Positions 24,765-38,987 of a DNA stretch of 64,000 nt are shown one piece after another. Where the stretch lies: positions 19,220-83,219 of the forward strand of contig JAUCBJ010002182.1 in the NCBI GenBank assembly GCA_032718475.1, written 5' to 3'. The translations under genes and the position numbers were made by a program. The stretch comes from Nemertoderma westbladi (lineage: Eukaryota; Animalia; Xenacoelomorpha). How positions within the stretch are numbered: the stretch's first letter is position 1; the number at the start of each line of letters is the position of its first letter. Under the pieces are notes generated by a model that was not told where the DNA came from, made no database searches, and saw only the letters and a list, made by a program, of their open reading frames with translations.

Positions 24765-26965
24765 CCAGTGCTATGCCGTATAATACTTAGTGAACTATCT
24801 GTGTACCAGTGCTGCTATATCGTATATTAGTTGTGAACTATCTGTGTACCAGTGCTGCTATATCGTATATTAGTTGTGAACTATCTGTGTAGTGTACCAG
24901 TGCTGCTATATCGTATATTAGTTGTGAACTATCTGTGTACCAGTGCTGCTATATCGTATATTAGTTGTGAACTATCTGTGTACCAGTGCTGCTATATCGT
25001 ATATTAGTTGTGAACTATCTGTGTACCAGTGCTGCTATATCGCATATTAGTTGTGAACTATCTGTGTACCAGTGCTGCTATATCGTATATTAGTTGTGAA
25101 CTATCTGTGTACCAGTGCTGCTATATCGTATATTAGTTGTGAACTATCTGTGTACCAGTGCTGCTATATCGCATATTAGTTGTGAACTATCTGTGTACCA
25201 GTGCTGCTATATCGTATATTAGTTGTGAACTATCTGTGTACCAGTGCTGCTATATCGTATATTAGTTGTGAACTATCTGTGTACCAGTGCTGCTATACCG
25301 TATAATACTTAGTGAACTACCTGTGTACCAGTGCTGCTATATCGTATATTAGTTGTTAACTATCTGTGTACCAGTGCTGCTATATCGTATATTAGTTGTG
25401 AACTATCTGTGTACCAGTGCTGCTATATCGTATATTAGTTGTTAACTATCTGTGTACCAGTGCTGCTATATCGTATATTAGTTGTGAACTATCTGTGTAC
25501 CAGTGCTGCTATATCGTATATTAGTTGTGAACTATCTGTGTACCAGTGCTGCTATATCGTATATTAGTTGTGAACTATCTGTGTACCAGTGCTGCTATAT
25601 CGTATATTAGTTGTGAACTATCTGTGTACCAGTGCTGCTATATCGTATATTAGTTGTGAACTATCTGTGTACCAGTGCTGCTATATCGTATATTAGTTGT
25701 GAACTATCTGTGTAGTGTACCAGTGCTGCTATATCGTATATTAGTTGTGAACTATCTGTGTAGTGTACCAGTGCTGCTATATCGTATATTAGTTGTGAAC
25801 TATCTGTGTACCAGTGCTGCTATATCGTATATTAGTTGTGAGCTATCTGTGTACCAGTGCTGCTATATCGTATATTAGTTGTGAACTATCTGTGTACCAG
25901 TGCTGCTATATCGTATATTAGTTGTGAACTATCTGTGTACCAGTGCTGCTATATCGTATATTAGTTGTGAACTATCTGTGTACCAGTGCTGCTATATCGT
26001 ATATTAGTTGTGAGCTATCTGTGTACCAGTGCTGCTATATCGTATATTAGTTGTGAACTATCTGTGTACCAGTGCTGCTATATCGTATATTAGTTGTGAA
26101 CTATCTGTGTAGTGTACCAGTGCTGCTATATCGTATATTAGTTGTGAACTATCTGTGTAGTGTACCAGTGCTGCTATATCGTATATTAGTTGTGAACTAT
26201 CTGTGTACCAGTGCTGCTATATCGTATATTAGTTGTGAACTATCTGTGTACCAGTGCTGCTATATCGTATATTAGTTGTGAACTATCTGTGTACCAGTGC
26301 TGCTATATCGTATAATAGTTGTGAACTATCTGTGTACCAGTGCTGCTATATCGTATATTAGTTGTGAACTATCTGTGTACCAGTGCTGCTATATCGTATA
26401 TTAGTTGTGAACTATCTGTGTACCAGTGCTGCTATATCGTATATTAGTTGTGAACTATCTGTGTACCAGTGCTGCTATATCGTATATTAGTTGTGAACTA
26501 TCTGTGTACCAGTGCTGCTATATCGTATATTAGTTGTGAACTATCTGTGTACCAGTGTTGCTATACCGTATATTAGTTGTGAACTATCTGTGTACCAGTG
26601 CTGCTATATCGTATATTAGTTGTGAACTATCTGTGTACCAGTGCTGCTATATCGTATATTAGTTGTGAACTATCTGTGTACCAGTGCTGCTATATCGTAT
26701 ATTAGTTGTGAACTATCTGTGTACCAGTGCTGCTATATCGTATATTAGTTGTGAACTATCTGTGTACCAGTGCTGCTATATCGTATATTAGTTGTGAACT
26801 ATCTGTGTACCAGTGCTGCTATATCGTATATTAGTTGTGAACTATCTGTGTACCAGTGCTGCTATATCGTATATTAGTTGTGAACTATCTGTGTACCAGT
26901 GCTGCTATATCGTATATTAGTTGTGAACTATCTGTGTACCACCAGTGCTGCTATATCGTATAATT
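24765..26965. repeat. 43-bp tandem repeat (GTGAACTATCTGTGTACCAGTGCTGCTATATCGTATATTAGTT), about 50 copies, ending next to the acceptor
   Basis: Directly visible. Confidence 0.96.
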
Positions 26966-26997
26966 CTTTGTTAACTATCTGTTGCTATGGTTATTAG

Positions 26998-27193
26998 ATG
27001 TTAAAATATGTGCCGACGGCGGAAGAAGTCCAGTTGCTTAGTGACCATGCACACGAGGTCAAACAGATGGCGAAAGCTGACAGATTTCTCTGGGAAATGT
27101 CTCGGATATTTCGATACGAACAGCGATTAAAGTCCTTGTGGTATAAGAAGAAATTCCAGGAAAGAGTTAATGACCTGCGGCCGCAATATGACG
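26998..27193 (+). CDS. DAAM: DAAM-type formin exon (FH2)
   Basis: Boundaries ttattag|ATG ... GAC G|gtaagc. Encodes MLKYVPTAEEVQLL...MAKADRFLWEMSRIFRYEQRLKSLWYKKKFQERV. Confidence 0.93.
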
Positions 27194-27229
27194 GTAAGCG
27201 GGTTAGATTAATACGTATTACAATTTTGT

Positions 27230-30200
27230 TATGTCACGTTTTACCAACTCCCTTTTTCCCCGCCCCCCTATGTCACGTTTTTCCAACTCCCTTTTTCCCC
27301 GCCCCTCAATGTCACGTTTTTTCAACTCCCTTTTTCCCCGCCCCTCTATGTCACGTTTTTCCAACTCCCTTTTTCCCCGCCCCTCTATGTCACGTTTTTC
27401 CAACTCGCTTTTCCCCCGCCCCCCTATGTCACGTTTTTCCAACCCCCTTTTCCCCCGCCCCCCTATGTCACGTTTTTCCTACTCCCTTTTCCCCCGCCCC
27501 CCTATGTCACGTTTTTCCAACTCCCTTTTTCCCCGCCCCTCTATGTCACGTTTTTCCAACTCCCTTTTTCCCCGCCCCTCTATGTCACGTTTTTCCAACT
27601 TCCTTTTTCCCCGCCCATCTATGTCACGTTTTTCCAACTCCCTTTTTCCCCGCCCCTCTATGTCACGTTTTTCCAACTCCCTTTTCCCCCGCCCCCCTAT
27701 GTCACGTTTTTCCAACTCCCTTTTTCCCCGCCCCTCTATGTCACGTTTTTCCAACTCCCTTTTTCCCGCCCCCCTATGTCACGTTTTTCCAACTCCCTTT
27801 TTCCCCGCCCCTCTATGTTACGTTTTTCCAACTCCCTTTTCCCCCGCCCCCCTATGTCACGTTTTTCCAACTCCCTTTTCCCCGCCCCTCTATGTCACGT
27901 TTTTCCAACTCCCCTTTCCCCCGCCCCCCTATGTCACGTTTTTCCAACTCCCTTTTCCCCGCCCCTCTATGTCACGTTTTTCCAACTCCCTTTTCACCCA
28001 CCCCCCTATGTCACGTTTTTCCAACTCCCTTTTTCCCCGCCCCTCTATGTCACGTTTTTCCAACTCCCTTTTTCCCCGCCCCTCTATGTCACGTTTTTCC
28101 AACTCCCTTTTCCCCCGCCCCCCTATGTCACGTTTTTCCAACTCCCTTTTTCCCCGCCCCTCTATGTCACGTTTGTCCAACTCCCTTTTCCCCCGCCCCC
28201 CTATGTCACGTTTTTCCAAGTCCCTTTTCCCCCGCCCCCCTATGTCACGTTTTTCCAACGCCCTTTTTCCCCGCCCCTCTATGTCACGTTTTTCCAACTC
28301 CCTTTTCCCCCGCCCCCCTATGTCACGTTTTTCCAACTCCCTTTTCCCCCGCCCCCCTATGTCACGTTTTTCCAACTCCCTTTTTTCCCGCCCCTCTATG
28401 TCACGTTTTTCCAACTCCCTTTTCCCCCGCCCCCCTATGTCACGTTTTTCCAACTCCCTTTTTCCCCGCCCCTCTATGTCACGTTTTTCCAACTCCCCTT
28501 TTCCCCGCCCCCCTATGTCACGTTTTTCCATCTCCCTTTTTCCCCGCCCCTCTATGTCACGTTTTTCCAACTCCCTTTTCCCCCGCCCCCCTATGTCACG
28601 TTTTTCCAACTCCCTTTTCCCCCGCCCCCCTATGTCACGTTTTTCCAACTCCCTTTTTCCCCGCCCCTCTATGTCACGTTTTTCCAACTCCCTTTCCCCC
28701 CGCCCCCCCCCCCTATGTCACGTTTTTCCAACTCCCATTTTCCCCGCCCCTCTACGTCACGTTTTTCCAACTCCCCTTTTCCCCGCCCCTCTATGTCACG
28801 TTTTTCCAACTCCCTTTTTCCCCGCCCCTCTATGTCACGTTTTTCCAACTACCTTTTCCCCCGCCCCCCTATGTCACGTTTTTCCAACTCCCTTTTTCCC
28901 CGCCCCTCTATGTCACGTTTTTCCAACTCCCTTTCTCCCCGCCCACCTATGTCACGTTTTTCCAACTCCCTTTTCCCCCGCCCCCCTATGTCACGTTTTT
29001 CCAACTCCCTTTTCCCCGCCCCTCTATGTCACGTTTTTCCAACTCCCTTTTCCCCCGCCCCCCTATGTCACGTTTTTCCAACTCCCCCTTCCCCCGCCCC
29101 CCTATGTCACGTTTTTCCAACTCCCTTTTTCCCCGCCCCTCTATGTCACGTTTTTCCAACTCCCTTTTCCCCCGCCCCTCTATGTCACGTTTTTCCAACT
29201 CCCTTTTCCCCCGCCCCCCTATGTCACGTTTTTCCAACTCCCTTTTCCCCCGCCCCCCTATGTCACGTTTTTCCAACTCCCTTTTTTCCCGCCCCTCTAT
29301 GTCACGTTTTTCCAACTCCCTTTTCCCCCGCCCCCCTATGTCACGTTTTTCCAACTCCCTTTTTCCCCGCCCCTCTATGTCACGTTTTTCCAACTCCCCT
29401 TTTCCCCGCCCCCCTATGTCACGTTTTTCCAACTCCCTTTTTCCCCGCCCCTCTATGTCACGTTTTTCCAACTCCCTTTTCCCCCGCCCCCCTATGTCAC
29501 GTTTTTCCAACTCCCTTTTCCCCCGCCCCCCTATGTCACGTTTTTCCAACTCCCTTTTTCCCCGCCCCTCTATGTCACGTTTTTCCAACTCCCTTTCCCC
29601 CCGCCCCCCCTATGTCACGTTTTTCCAACTCCCATTTTCCCCGCCCCTCTACGTCACGTTTTTCCAACTCCCCTTTTCCCCGCCCCTCTATGTCACGTTT
29701 TTCCAACTCCCTTTTTCCCCGCCCCTCTATGTCACGTTTTTCCAACTACCTTTTCCCCCGCCCCCCTATGTCACGTTTTTCCAACTCCCTTTTTCCCCGC
29801 CCCTCTATGTCACGTTTTTCCAACTCCCTTTCCCCCCACCCCCCTATGTCATGTTTTTCCAACTCCCTTTTCCCCCGCCCCCCTATGTCACGTTTTTCCA
29901 ACTCCCTTTTTCCCCGCCCCTCTATGTCACGTTTTTCCAACTCCCTTTTCCCCCGCCCCCCTATGTCACGTTTTTCCAACTCCCCCTTCCCCCGCCCCCC
30001 TATGTCACGTTTTTCCAACTCCCTTTTTCCCCGCCCCTCTATGTCACGTTTTTCCAACTCCCTTTTCCCCCGCCCCCCTATGTCACGTTTTTCCAACTCC
30101 CTTTTTCCCCGCCCCTCTGTCACGTTTTTCCAACTCCCCTTTTCCCCGCCCCTCTATGTCACATTTTTCCATCTCCCTTTTTCCCCTTTCCTCTATGTCA

Positions 30201-30868
30201 CGTTTTTCCAACTCCCTTTTCCCCCGCCCCCCTATGTCACGTTTTTCCAACTCCCTTTTTCCCCGCCCCTCTATGTCACGTTTTTCCAACTCCCCTTTTC
30301 ACCGCCCCTCTATGTCACATTTTTCCAACTCCCTTTTTCCCCGCCCCCCTATGTCACGTTTTTCCAACTCCCTTTTCCCCCGCCCTCCTATGTCACGTTT
30401 TTCCAACTCCCTTTTCCCCCGCCCCCCCTATGTCACGTTTTTCCAACTCCCTTTTTCCCCGCCTCCCTATGTCACGTTTTTCCAACTCCCTTTTCCCCCG
30501 CCCTCCTATGTCACGTTTTTCCAACTCCCTTTTTCCCCGCCCCCCTATGTCACGTTTTTCCAACTCCCTTTTCCCCCGCCCTCCTATGTCACGTTTTTCC
30601 AACTCCCTTTTCCCCCGCCCTCCCTATGTCACGTTTTTCCAACTCCCTTTTTCCCCGCCCCCCTATGTCACGTTTTTCCAACTCCCCTTTTCCCCGCCCC
30701 CCTATGTCACGTTTTTCCAACTCCCTTTTTCCCCGCCCCTCTATGTCACGTTTTTCCAACTCCCTTTTTCCCCGCCCCTCTATGTCACGTTTTTCCAACG
30801 CCCTTTTTCCCCGCCCCCCTATGTCACGTCTTTCCAACTCCCTTTTTCCCCGCCCCCCTATGTCACGA
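27230..30868. repeat. 39-bp pyrimidine-rich tandem repeat (TATGTCACGTTTTTCCAACTCCCTTTTTCCCCGCCCCTC), about 90 copies
   Basis: Directly visible; followed by a poly-C run at about 30883-30901. Confidence 0.96.
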
Positions 30869-31149
30869 CATATTTGACCCAACCCCCCCCCCCCCCCCCC
30901 CTTGCGTTTTGTCAATGTATTAAAGATAAACTTTCCCTGGCTAATGTAATACTGTGGATTGTCTAGAATTAATACCAATAATATACAATAATTGGTCCTA
31001 TTTACATAATAGTCTTAGTGAGTAAAGTCCAATTGACGAGGAATTATTATTTGCCATTTACCATTAACTCCTCTAAAAACTTTATATCGTTTTAAAAGGC
31101 TTTTGCAATTTAAGCTACTGTGTATATCATATTTGTTAGTTAAACATAT

Positions 31150-32016
31150 TAGTACACGAACTGGGGCCTTCGCGCAGCACGTGACTTAATTATACTTAGT
31201 TATACATTTCGCCCTCTAGCGGCAGACTGGAGGACTCCAGACCGTTTACTGCCCACCAAAGACTCAGGCCGACTTCTACTACATATCTGCTACGTTTCAG
31301 CTTTGAACGGATCATAAATAACGAGATGGGAGAAAGATTTCACTTTCAAACATTTCGCCCTCTAGCGGCAGACTGAAGAACTGCACACTGATTAGCCTTC
31401 AATTCAATTCAATTCAATTCCTTCTTTCAAAGTCACAGCTAATGGTCTAGTACATATCTGCCAAATTTCAGCATAAATGGATTAAAAGCAAAGAAATGGG
31501 AGGACATTTAACGTTTAGACATGTGGCCCTCTAGCAGGAGACTATTGCTCTGATGGTGTCTGAAAGTCTCTCAAACGTCTCAACTTTAGCTCATATTGAT
31601 ACCTACAAATTTTCAACTTAGCAGCTTTAAATCCGACAAAGTTATTAGCATGTCAAAATCGTAACGACGACAACGATTTCACTTTTAGACCTTTGGCCCT
31701 CTAGCGGCAGACTGGAGAACTGCAGATGGATTCGCCTCCTTTGAAAGTCACAGCTAGTGGTCTAATACATATCTGCCAAGTTTCAGCTTAAACGGATTAA
31801 AAGCAAAGAAATGGGAGGGCATTTAATGTTTAGACATGTGGCCTTCTAGCGGGAGACCATTGCACTGATGGTGTCTGAAAGTCTCTCAAAAATCTCAACT
31901 TTTGCTCATATTGATATCTACAAATTTTCAACTTGGCAGCTTTAAATCCGACAAAGTTATTAGCATGTCAAAATCGTAACGACGACGACGACGACGACAA
32001 CGACGACGACGACGAC

Positions 32017-32078
<62 letters not shown>

Positions 32079-32155
32079 CAACTATTTGCATAAATTGACC
32101 CACCCCCTAACAGTGTTAATTCGCTAAGGCTCCGCCAACTTCGTGGCTCGCCCCA
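31150..32155. repeat. Probable non-autonomous interspersed repeat with an internal ~310-bp duplication and a (GAC)n microsatellite (about 31978-32081)
   Basis: Recurrent GCCCTCTAGCGGCAGACTG motif; about 31360-31675 is similar to about 31690-31990. Confidence 0.55.
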
Positions 32156-32454
32156 CAAGTTTTTGCAATGGTAATATAATGTATGCAAATTCCGTCACTT
32201 ATGATATTAACCAATATATTGCCACCGCATAAAATATTTTATGTAAAAAATTATATAGACACATCAATAATTTTAAGTGAAAAACGCGTTGAAAAAGTTC
32301 CTCTTTAAAACATTATTAAACATTAAATCATTAAAACATCAAATTGAATCAATATAGCTGCCCATATCAGAATTAATAATATAAAATAAATCATAAATAT
32401 ATACAACAATAACAACAATAACAATTACATATTTCAGTGACATTTTACCAGAAA

Positions 32455-35400
32455 ATAAACAACCAGATTACTGCCACTCATTGACATAAAACAACCAGAT
32501 TACTGGCCACTCATTGACATAAAACAACCAGATTACTGGCCACTCATTGACATAAAACAACCAGATTACTGGCCACTCATTGGCCACACACTGGCCACTC
32601 ATTGACATAAACAACCAGATTACTGGCCACTCATTGACATAAAACAACCAGATTACTGGCCACTCATTGACATAAAACAACCAGATTACTGGCCACTCAT
32701 TGACATAAAACAACCAGATTGCTGGCCACTCATTGACATAAAACAACCAGATTACTGGCCACTCATTGGCCACAGATTACTGGCCACTCATTGGCCACAG
32801 ATTACTGGCCACTCATTGGCCACAGATTACTGGCCACTCATTGACATAAAACAACCAGATTACTGGCCACTCATTGGCCACAGATTACTGGCCACTCATT
32901 GACAAAAAACAACCAGATTACTGGCCACTCATTGACATAAAACAACCAGATTACTGGCCACTCATTGACATAAAACAACCAGATTACTGGCCACTCATTG
33001 ACATAAAACAACCAGATTACTGGCCACTCATTGACATAAAACAACCAGATTACTGGCCACTCATTGGCCACAGATTACTGGCCACTCATTGGCCACAGAT
33101 TACTGGCCACTCATTGGCCACTCATTGGCCACAGGTTACTGGCCACTCATTGGCCACAGATTACTGGCCACTCATTGACATAAAACAACCAGATTACTGG
33201 CCACTCATTGACATAAAACAACCAGATTACTGGCCACTCATTGGCCACAGATTACTGGCCACTCATTGGCCACAGATTACTGGCCACTCATTGGCCACTC
33301 ATTGGCCACAGGTTACTGGCCACTCATTGGCCACAGATTACTGGCCACTCATTGACATAAAACAACCAGATTACTGGCCACTCATTGACATAAAACAACC
33401 AGATTACTGGCCACTCATTGGCCACAGATTACTGGCCACTCATTGACATAAAACAACCAGATTACTGGCCACTCATTGACATAAAACAACCAGATTACTG
33501 GCCACTCATTGACATAAAACAACCAGATTACTGGCCACTCATTGACATAAAACAACCAGATTACTGGCCACTCATTGACATAAAACAACCAGATTACTGG
33601 CCACTCATTGGCCACTCACTGGCCACTCATTGACATAAAACAACAAGATTACTGGCCACTCATTGACATAAAACAACCAGATTACTGGCCACTCATTGGC
33701 CACAGATTACTGGCCACTCATTGACATAAAACAACCAGATTACAGGCCACTCATTCGCCACAGATTACTGACCACTCATTAACATAAAACAACCAGATTA
33801 CTGGCCACTCATTGACATAAAACAACCAGATTACTGGCCACTCATTGAAATAAAACAACCAGATTACTGGCCACTCATTGACATAAAACAAACAGATTAC
33901 TGGCCACTCATTGACATAAAACAACCAGATTACTGGCCACTCATTGGCCACTCACTGGCCACTCATTGACATAAAACAACCAGATTACTGGCCACTCATT
34001 GACATAAAACAACCAGATTACTAGCCACTCATTGACATAAAACAACCAGATTACTGGCCACTCATTGGCCACAGATTACTGCCCACTCATTGGCCACAGA
34101 TTACTGGCCACTCATTGGCCACTCATTGGCCACAGATTACTGGCCACTCATTGGCCACAGATTACTGGCCACTCATTGACATAAAACAACCAGATTACTG
34201 GCCACTCATTGACATAAAACAACCAGATTACTGGCCACTCATTGGCCACAGATTGCTGGCCACTCATTGACATAAAACAACCAGATTACTGGCCACTCAT
34301 TGTGGCCACAGATTGCTGGCCACTCATTGACATAAAACAACCAGATTACTGGCCACTCATTGACATAAAACAACCAGATTACTGGCCACTCATTGACATA
34401 AAACAACCAGATTACTGGCCACTCATTGGCCACTCACTGGCCACTCATTGACATAAAACAACCAGATTACTGGCCACTCATTGACATAAAACAACCAGAT
34501 TACTGGCCACTCATTGGCCACAGATTACTGGCCACTAATTGACATAAAACAACCAGATTACTGGCCACTCATTGGCCACAGATTACTGGCCACTCATTGG
34601 CCACAGATTACTGGCCACTCATTGACATAAAACAACCAGATTACTGGCCACTCATTGGCCACAGATTACTGGCCACTCATTGACATAAAACAACCAGATT
34701 ACTGGCCACTCATTGACATAAAACAACCAGATTACTGGCCACTCATTGACATAAAACAACCAGATTACTGGCCACTCATTGACATAAAACAACCAGATTA
34801 CTGGCCACTCATTAACATAAAACAACCAGATTACTGGCCACTCGTTGACATAAAACAACCAGATTACTGGCCACTCATTGACATAAAACAACCAGATTAC
34901 TGGCCACTCGTTGCCATAAAACAACCATATTACTGGCCACTCATTGGCCACAGATTACTGGCCACTCATTGGCCACAGATTACTGGCCACTCATTGGCCA
35001 CAGATTACTGGCCACTCATTGGCCACAGAATACTGGCCACTCATTGGCCACAGATTACTGGCCACTCATTGACATAAAACAACCAGATTACTGGCCACTC
35101 ATTGACATAAAACAACCAGATTACTGGCCACTCATTGGCCACAGATTACTGGCCACTCATTGACATAAAACAACCAGATTACTGGCCACTCATTGACATA
35201 AAACAACCAGATTACTGGCCACTCATTGGCCACTCACTGGCCACTCATTGACATAAAACAACCAGATTACTGGCCACTCATTGACATAAAACAACCAGAT
35301 TACTGGCCACTCATTGACATAAAACAACCAGATTACTGGCCACTCATTGGCCACAGATTACTGGCCACTCATTGACATAAAACAACCAGATTACTGGCCA

Positions 35401-38190
35401 CTCATTGACATAAAACAACCAGATTACTGGCCACTCATTGACATAAAACAACCAGATTACTGGCCACTCATTGACATAAAACAACCAGATTACTGGCCAC
35501 TCATTGACATAAAACAACCAGATTACTGGCCACTCATTGGCCACAGATTACTGGCCACTCATTGACATAAAACAACCAGATTACTGGCCACTCATTGACA
35601 TAAAACAACCACATTACTGGCCACTCATTGACATAAAACAACCACATTACTGGCCACTCATTGACATAAAACAACCAGATTACTGGCCACTCATTGACAT
35701 AAAACAACCAGATTACTGGCCACTCATTGGCCACTCACTGGCCACTCATTGACATAAAACAACCAGATTACTGGCCACTCATTGACATAAAACAACCACA
35801 TTACTGGCCACTCATTGACATAAAACAACCACATTACTGGCCACTCATTGACATAAAACAACCAGATTACTGGCCACTCATTGACATAAAACAACCACAT
35901 TACTGGCCACTCATTGACATAAAACAACCACATTACTGGCCACTCATTGACATAAAACAACCAGATTACTGGCCACTCATTGACATAAAACAACCAGATT
36001 ACTGGCCACTCATTGGCCACTCACTGGCCACTCATTGACATAAAACAACCAGATTACTGGCCACTCATTGACATAAAACAACCAGATTACTGGCCACTCA
36101 TTGACATAAAACAACCAGATTACTGGCCACTCATTGGCCACTCACTGGCCACTCATTGACATGAAACAACCAGATTACTGGCCACTCATTGACATAAAAC
36201 AACCAGATTACTGGCCACTCATTGGCCACAGATTACTGGCCACTAATTGACATAAAACAACCAGATTACTGGCCACTCATTGGCCACAGATTACTGGCCA
36301 CTCATTGGCCACAGATTACTGGCCACTCATTGACATAAAACAACCAGATTACTGGCCACTCATTGGCCACAGATTACTGGCCACTCATTGACATAAAACA
36401 ACCAGATTACTGGCCACTCATTGACATAAAACAACCAGATTACTGGCCACTCATTGACATAAAACAACCAGATTACTGGCCACTCATTGACATAAAACAA
36501 CCAGATTACTGGCCACTCATTAACATAAAACAACCAGATTACTGGCCACTCGTTGACATAAAACAACCAGATTACTGGCCACTCATTGACATAAAACAAC
36601 CAGATTACTGGCCACTCGTTGACATAAAACAGCCAGATTACTGGCCACTCATTGGCCACAGATTACTGGCCACTCATTGGCCACAGATTACTGGCCACTC
36701 ATTGGCCACAGATTACTGGCCACTCATTGGCCACAGAATACTAGCCACTCATTGGCCACAGATTACTGGCCACTCATTGACATAAAACAACCAGATTACT
36801 GGCCACTCATTGACATAAAACAACCAGATTACTGGCCACTCATTGGCCACAGATTACTGGCCACTCATTGACATAAAACAACCAGATTACTGGCCACTCA
36901 TTGACATAAAACAACCAGATTACTGGCCACTCATTGGCCACTCACTGGCCACTCATTGACATAAAACAACCAGATTACTGGCCACTCATTGACATAAAAC
37001 AACCAGATTACTGGCCACTCATTGACATAAAACAACCAGATTACTGGCCACTCATTGGCCACAGATTACTGGCCACTCATTGACATAAAACAACCAGATT
37101 ACTGGCCACTCATTGACATAAAACAACCAGATTACTGGCCACTCATTGACATAAAACAACCAGATTACTGGCCACTCATTGACATAAAACAACCAGATTA
37201 CTGGCCACTCATTGACATAAAACAACCAGATTACTGGCCACTCATTGGCCACAGATTACTGGCCACTCATTGACATAAAACAACCAGATTACTGGCCACT
37301 CATTGACATAAAACAACCACATTACTGACCACTCATTGACATAAAACAACCACATTACTGGCCACTCATTGACATAAAACAACCAGATTACTGGCCACTC
37401 ATTGACATAAAACAACCAGATTACTGGCCACTCATTGGCCACTCACTGGCCACTCATTGACATAAAACAACCAGATTACTGGCCACTCATTGACATAAAA
37501 CAATCACATTACTGGCCACTCATTGACATAAAACAACCACATTACTGGCCACTCATTGACATAAAACAACCAGATTACTGGCCACTCATTGACATAAAAC
37601 AACCAGATTACTGGCCACTCATTGGCCACTCACTGGCCACTCATTGACATAAAACAACCAGATTACTGGCCACTCATTGACATAAAACAACCACATTACT
37701 GACCACTCATTGACATAAAACAACCACATTACTGGCCACTCATTGACATAAAACAACCAGATTACTGGCCACTCATTGACATAAAACAACCAGATTACTG
37801 GCCACTCATTGACATAAAACAACCACATTACTGACCACTCATTGACATAAAACAACCACATTACTGGCCACTCATTGACATAAAACAACCAGATTACTGG
37901 CCACTCATTGACATAAAACAACCAGATTACTGGCCACTCATTGGCCACTCACTGGCCACTCATTGACATAAAACAACCAGATTACTGGCCACTCATTGAC
38001 ATAAAACAATCACATTACTGGCCACTCATTGACATAAAACAACCACATTACTGGCCACTCATTGACATAAAACAACCAGATTACTGGCCACTCATTGACA
38101 TAAAACAACCAGATTACTGGCCACTCATTGGCCACTCACTGGCCACTCATTGACATAAAACAACCAGATTACTGGCCACTCATTGACATA
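32455..38190. repeat. Composite satellite: 33-bp unit (CCAGATTACTGGCCACTCATTGACATAAAACAA) mixed with 25-bp and 12-bp deletion variants
   Basis: Directly visible. A 1708-bp higher-order duplication is shown by ORF starts 34652/36360 and 35344/37052. Confidence 0.96.
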
Positions 38191-38355
38191 AAGTAAAGTA
38201 AAGTAAAGTAAAGTAAAGTAAAGTAAAGTAAAGTAAAGTAAAGTAAAGTAAAGTAAAGTAAAGTAAAGTAAAGTAAAGCAAAGCAAAGCAAAGTAAAGCA
38301 AAGTAAGGTAAAGTAAAGTGTAAAGTAAAGTAATGTAAAGTAAAGTAAAGTAAAA
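38188..38355. repeat. (TAAAG)n microsatellite
   Basis: Directly visible. Confidence 0.95.
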
Positions 38356-38847
38356 CACAGGAAAAAACACATCAAGACCCATTCTGATATAAAGCATGAA
38401 AAATTGGACGGTGAAATACTCAGCACGAGAAAAAAACGCTACGGCCCACAACAGTACAGTTTCACACAGGAATCCCCCCCCCCCCCCCCCCCCCCCGCCA
38501 CACACAGAATAATAAAAAAATTGATTAACATAAAAATAAATAAAAATAAATGCATTATAAATTCAATTCAATTAATTGACCCAACTACTCCCTAATTAGA
38601 TAGTCTTATTTATTTATCCACTAGCAGATTTGAGTTAAATTATATGTTTCTTTAGATTCCTATTGTACAAAATGTTTAGAACCCTGAAAATGTCAATGAA
38701 AATTTGTAATAATATTATGAAAAAATGCCTTTCCTAATGCGCTGGTGGAAATGTTGTTGTTGGTGGAAAAGATTGTTGAACGTTACAGCGTTACAGCGTT
38801 ACATTGCAGTAACTATAATAAATATAATAATTATTGTTGTTTTCCAG

Positions 38848-38987
38848 ATATTCTGAAAGCTTCAAAAGAAGTTCAAAGAAGTAAAAGGCTTCGTAAAATG
38901 TTGGAGGTTGTCCTCGCATTCGGTAACTTTATGAACCGCGGGCAAAGGGGAGACGCGTTGGGATTCAAAGTCTGTAGTTTAAATAAG
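38848..38987 (+). CDS. DAAM: DAAM-type formin exon (FH2 post region, GNxMN motif)
   Basis: Boundaries tttccag|AT ... AAG|gtatga. Encodes [46 protein letters not shown]. Confidence 0.95.

Noticed and set aside
27194-30966. Pro/Phe-rich continuation of the 1322-aa ORF, superficially FH1-like
   Set aside because: Read-through of a real exon into an intronic satellite; formin similarity ends at the donor at 27194.
31928-32188. Poly-Asp and poly-Arg ORFs
   Set aside because: Translations of the (GAC)n microsatellite.
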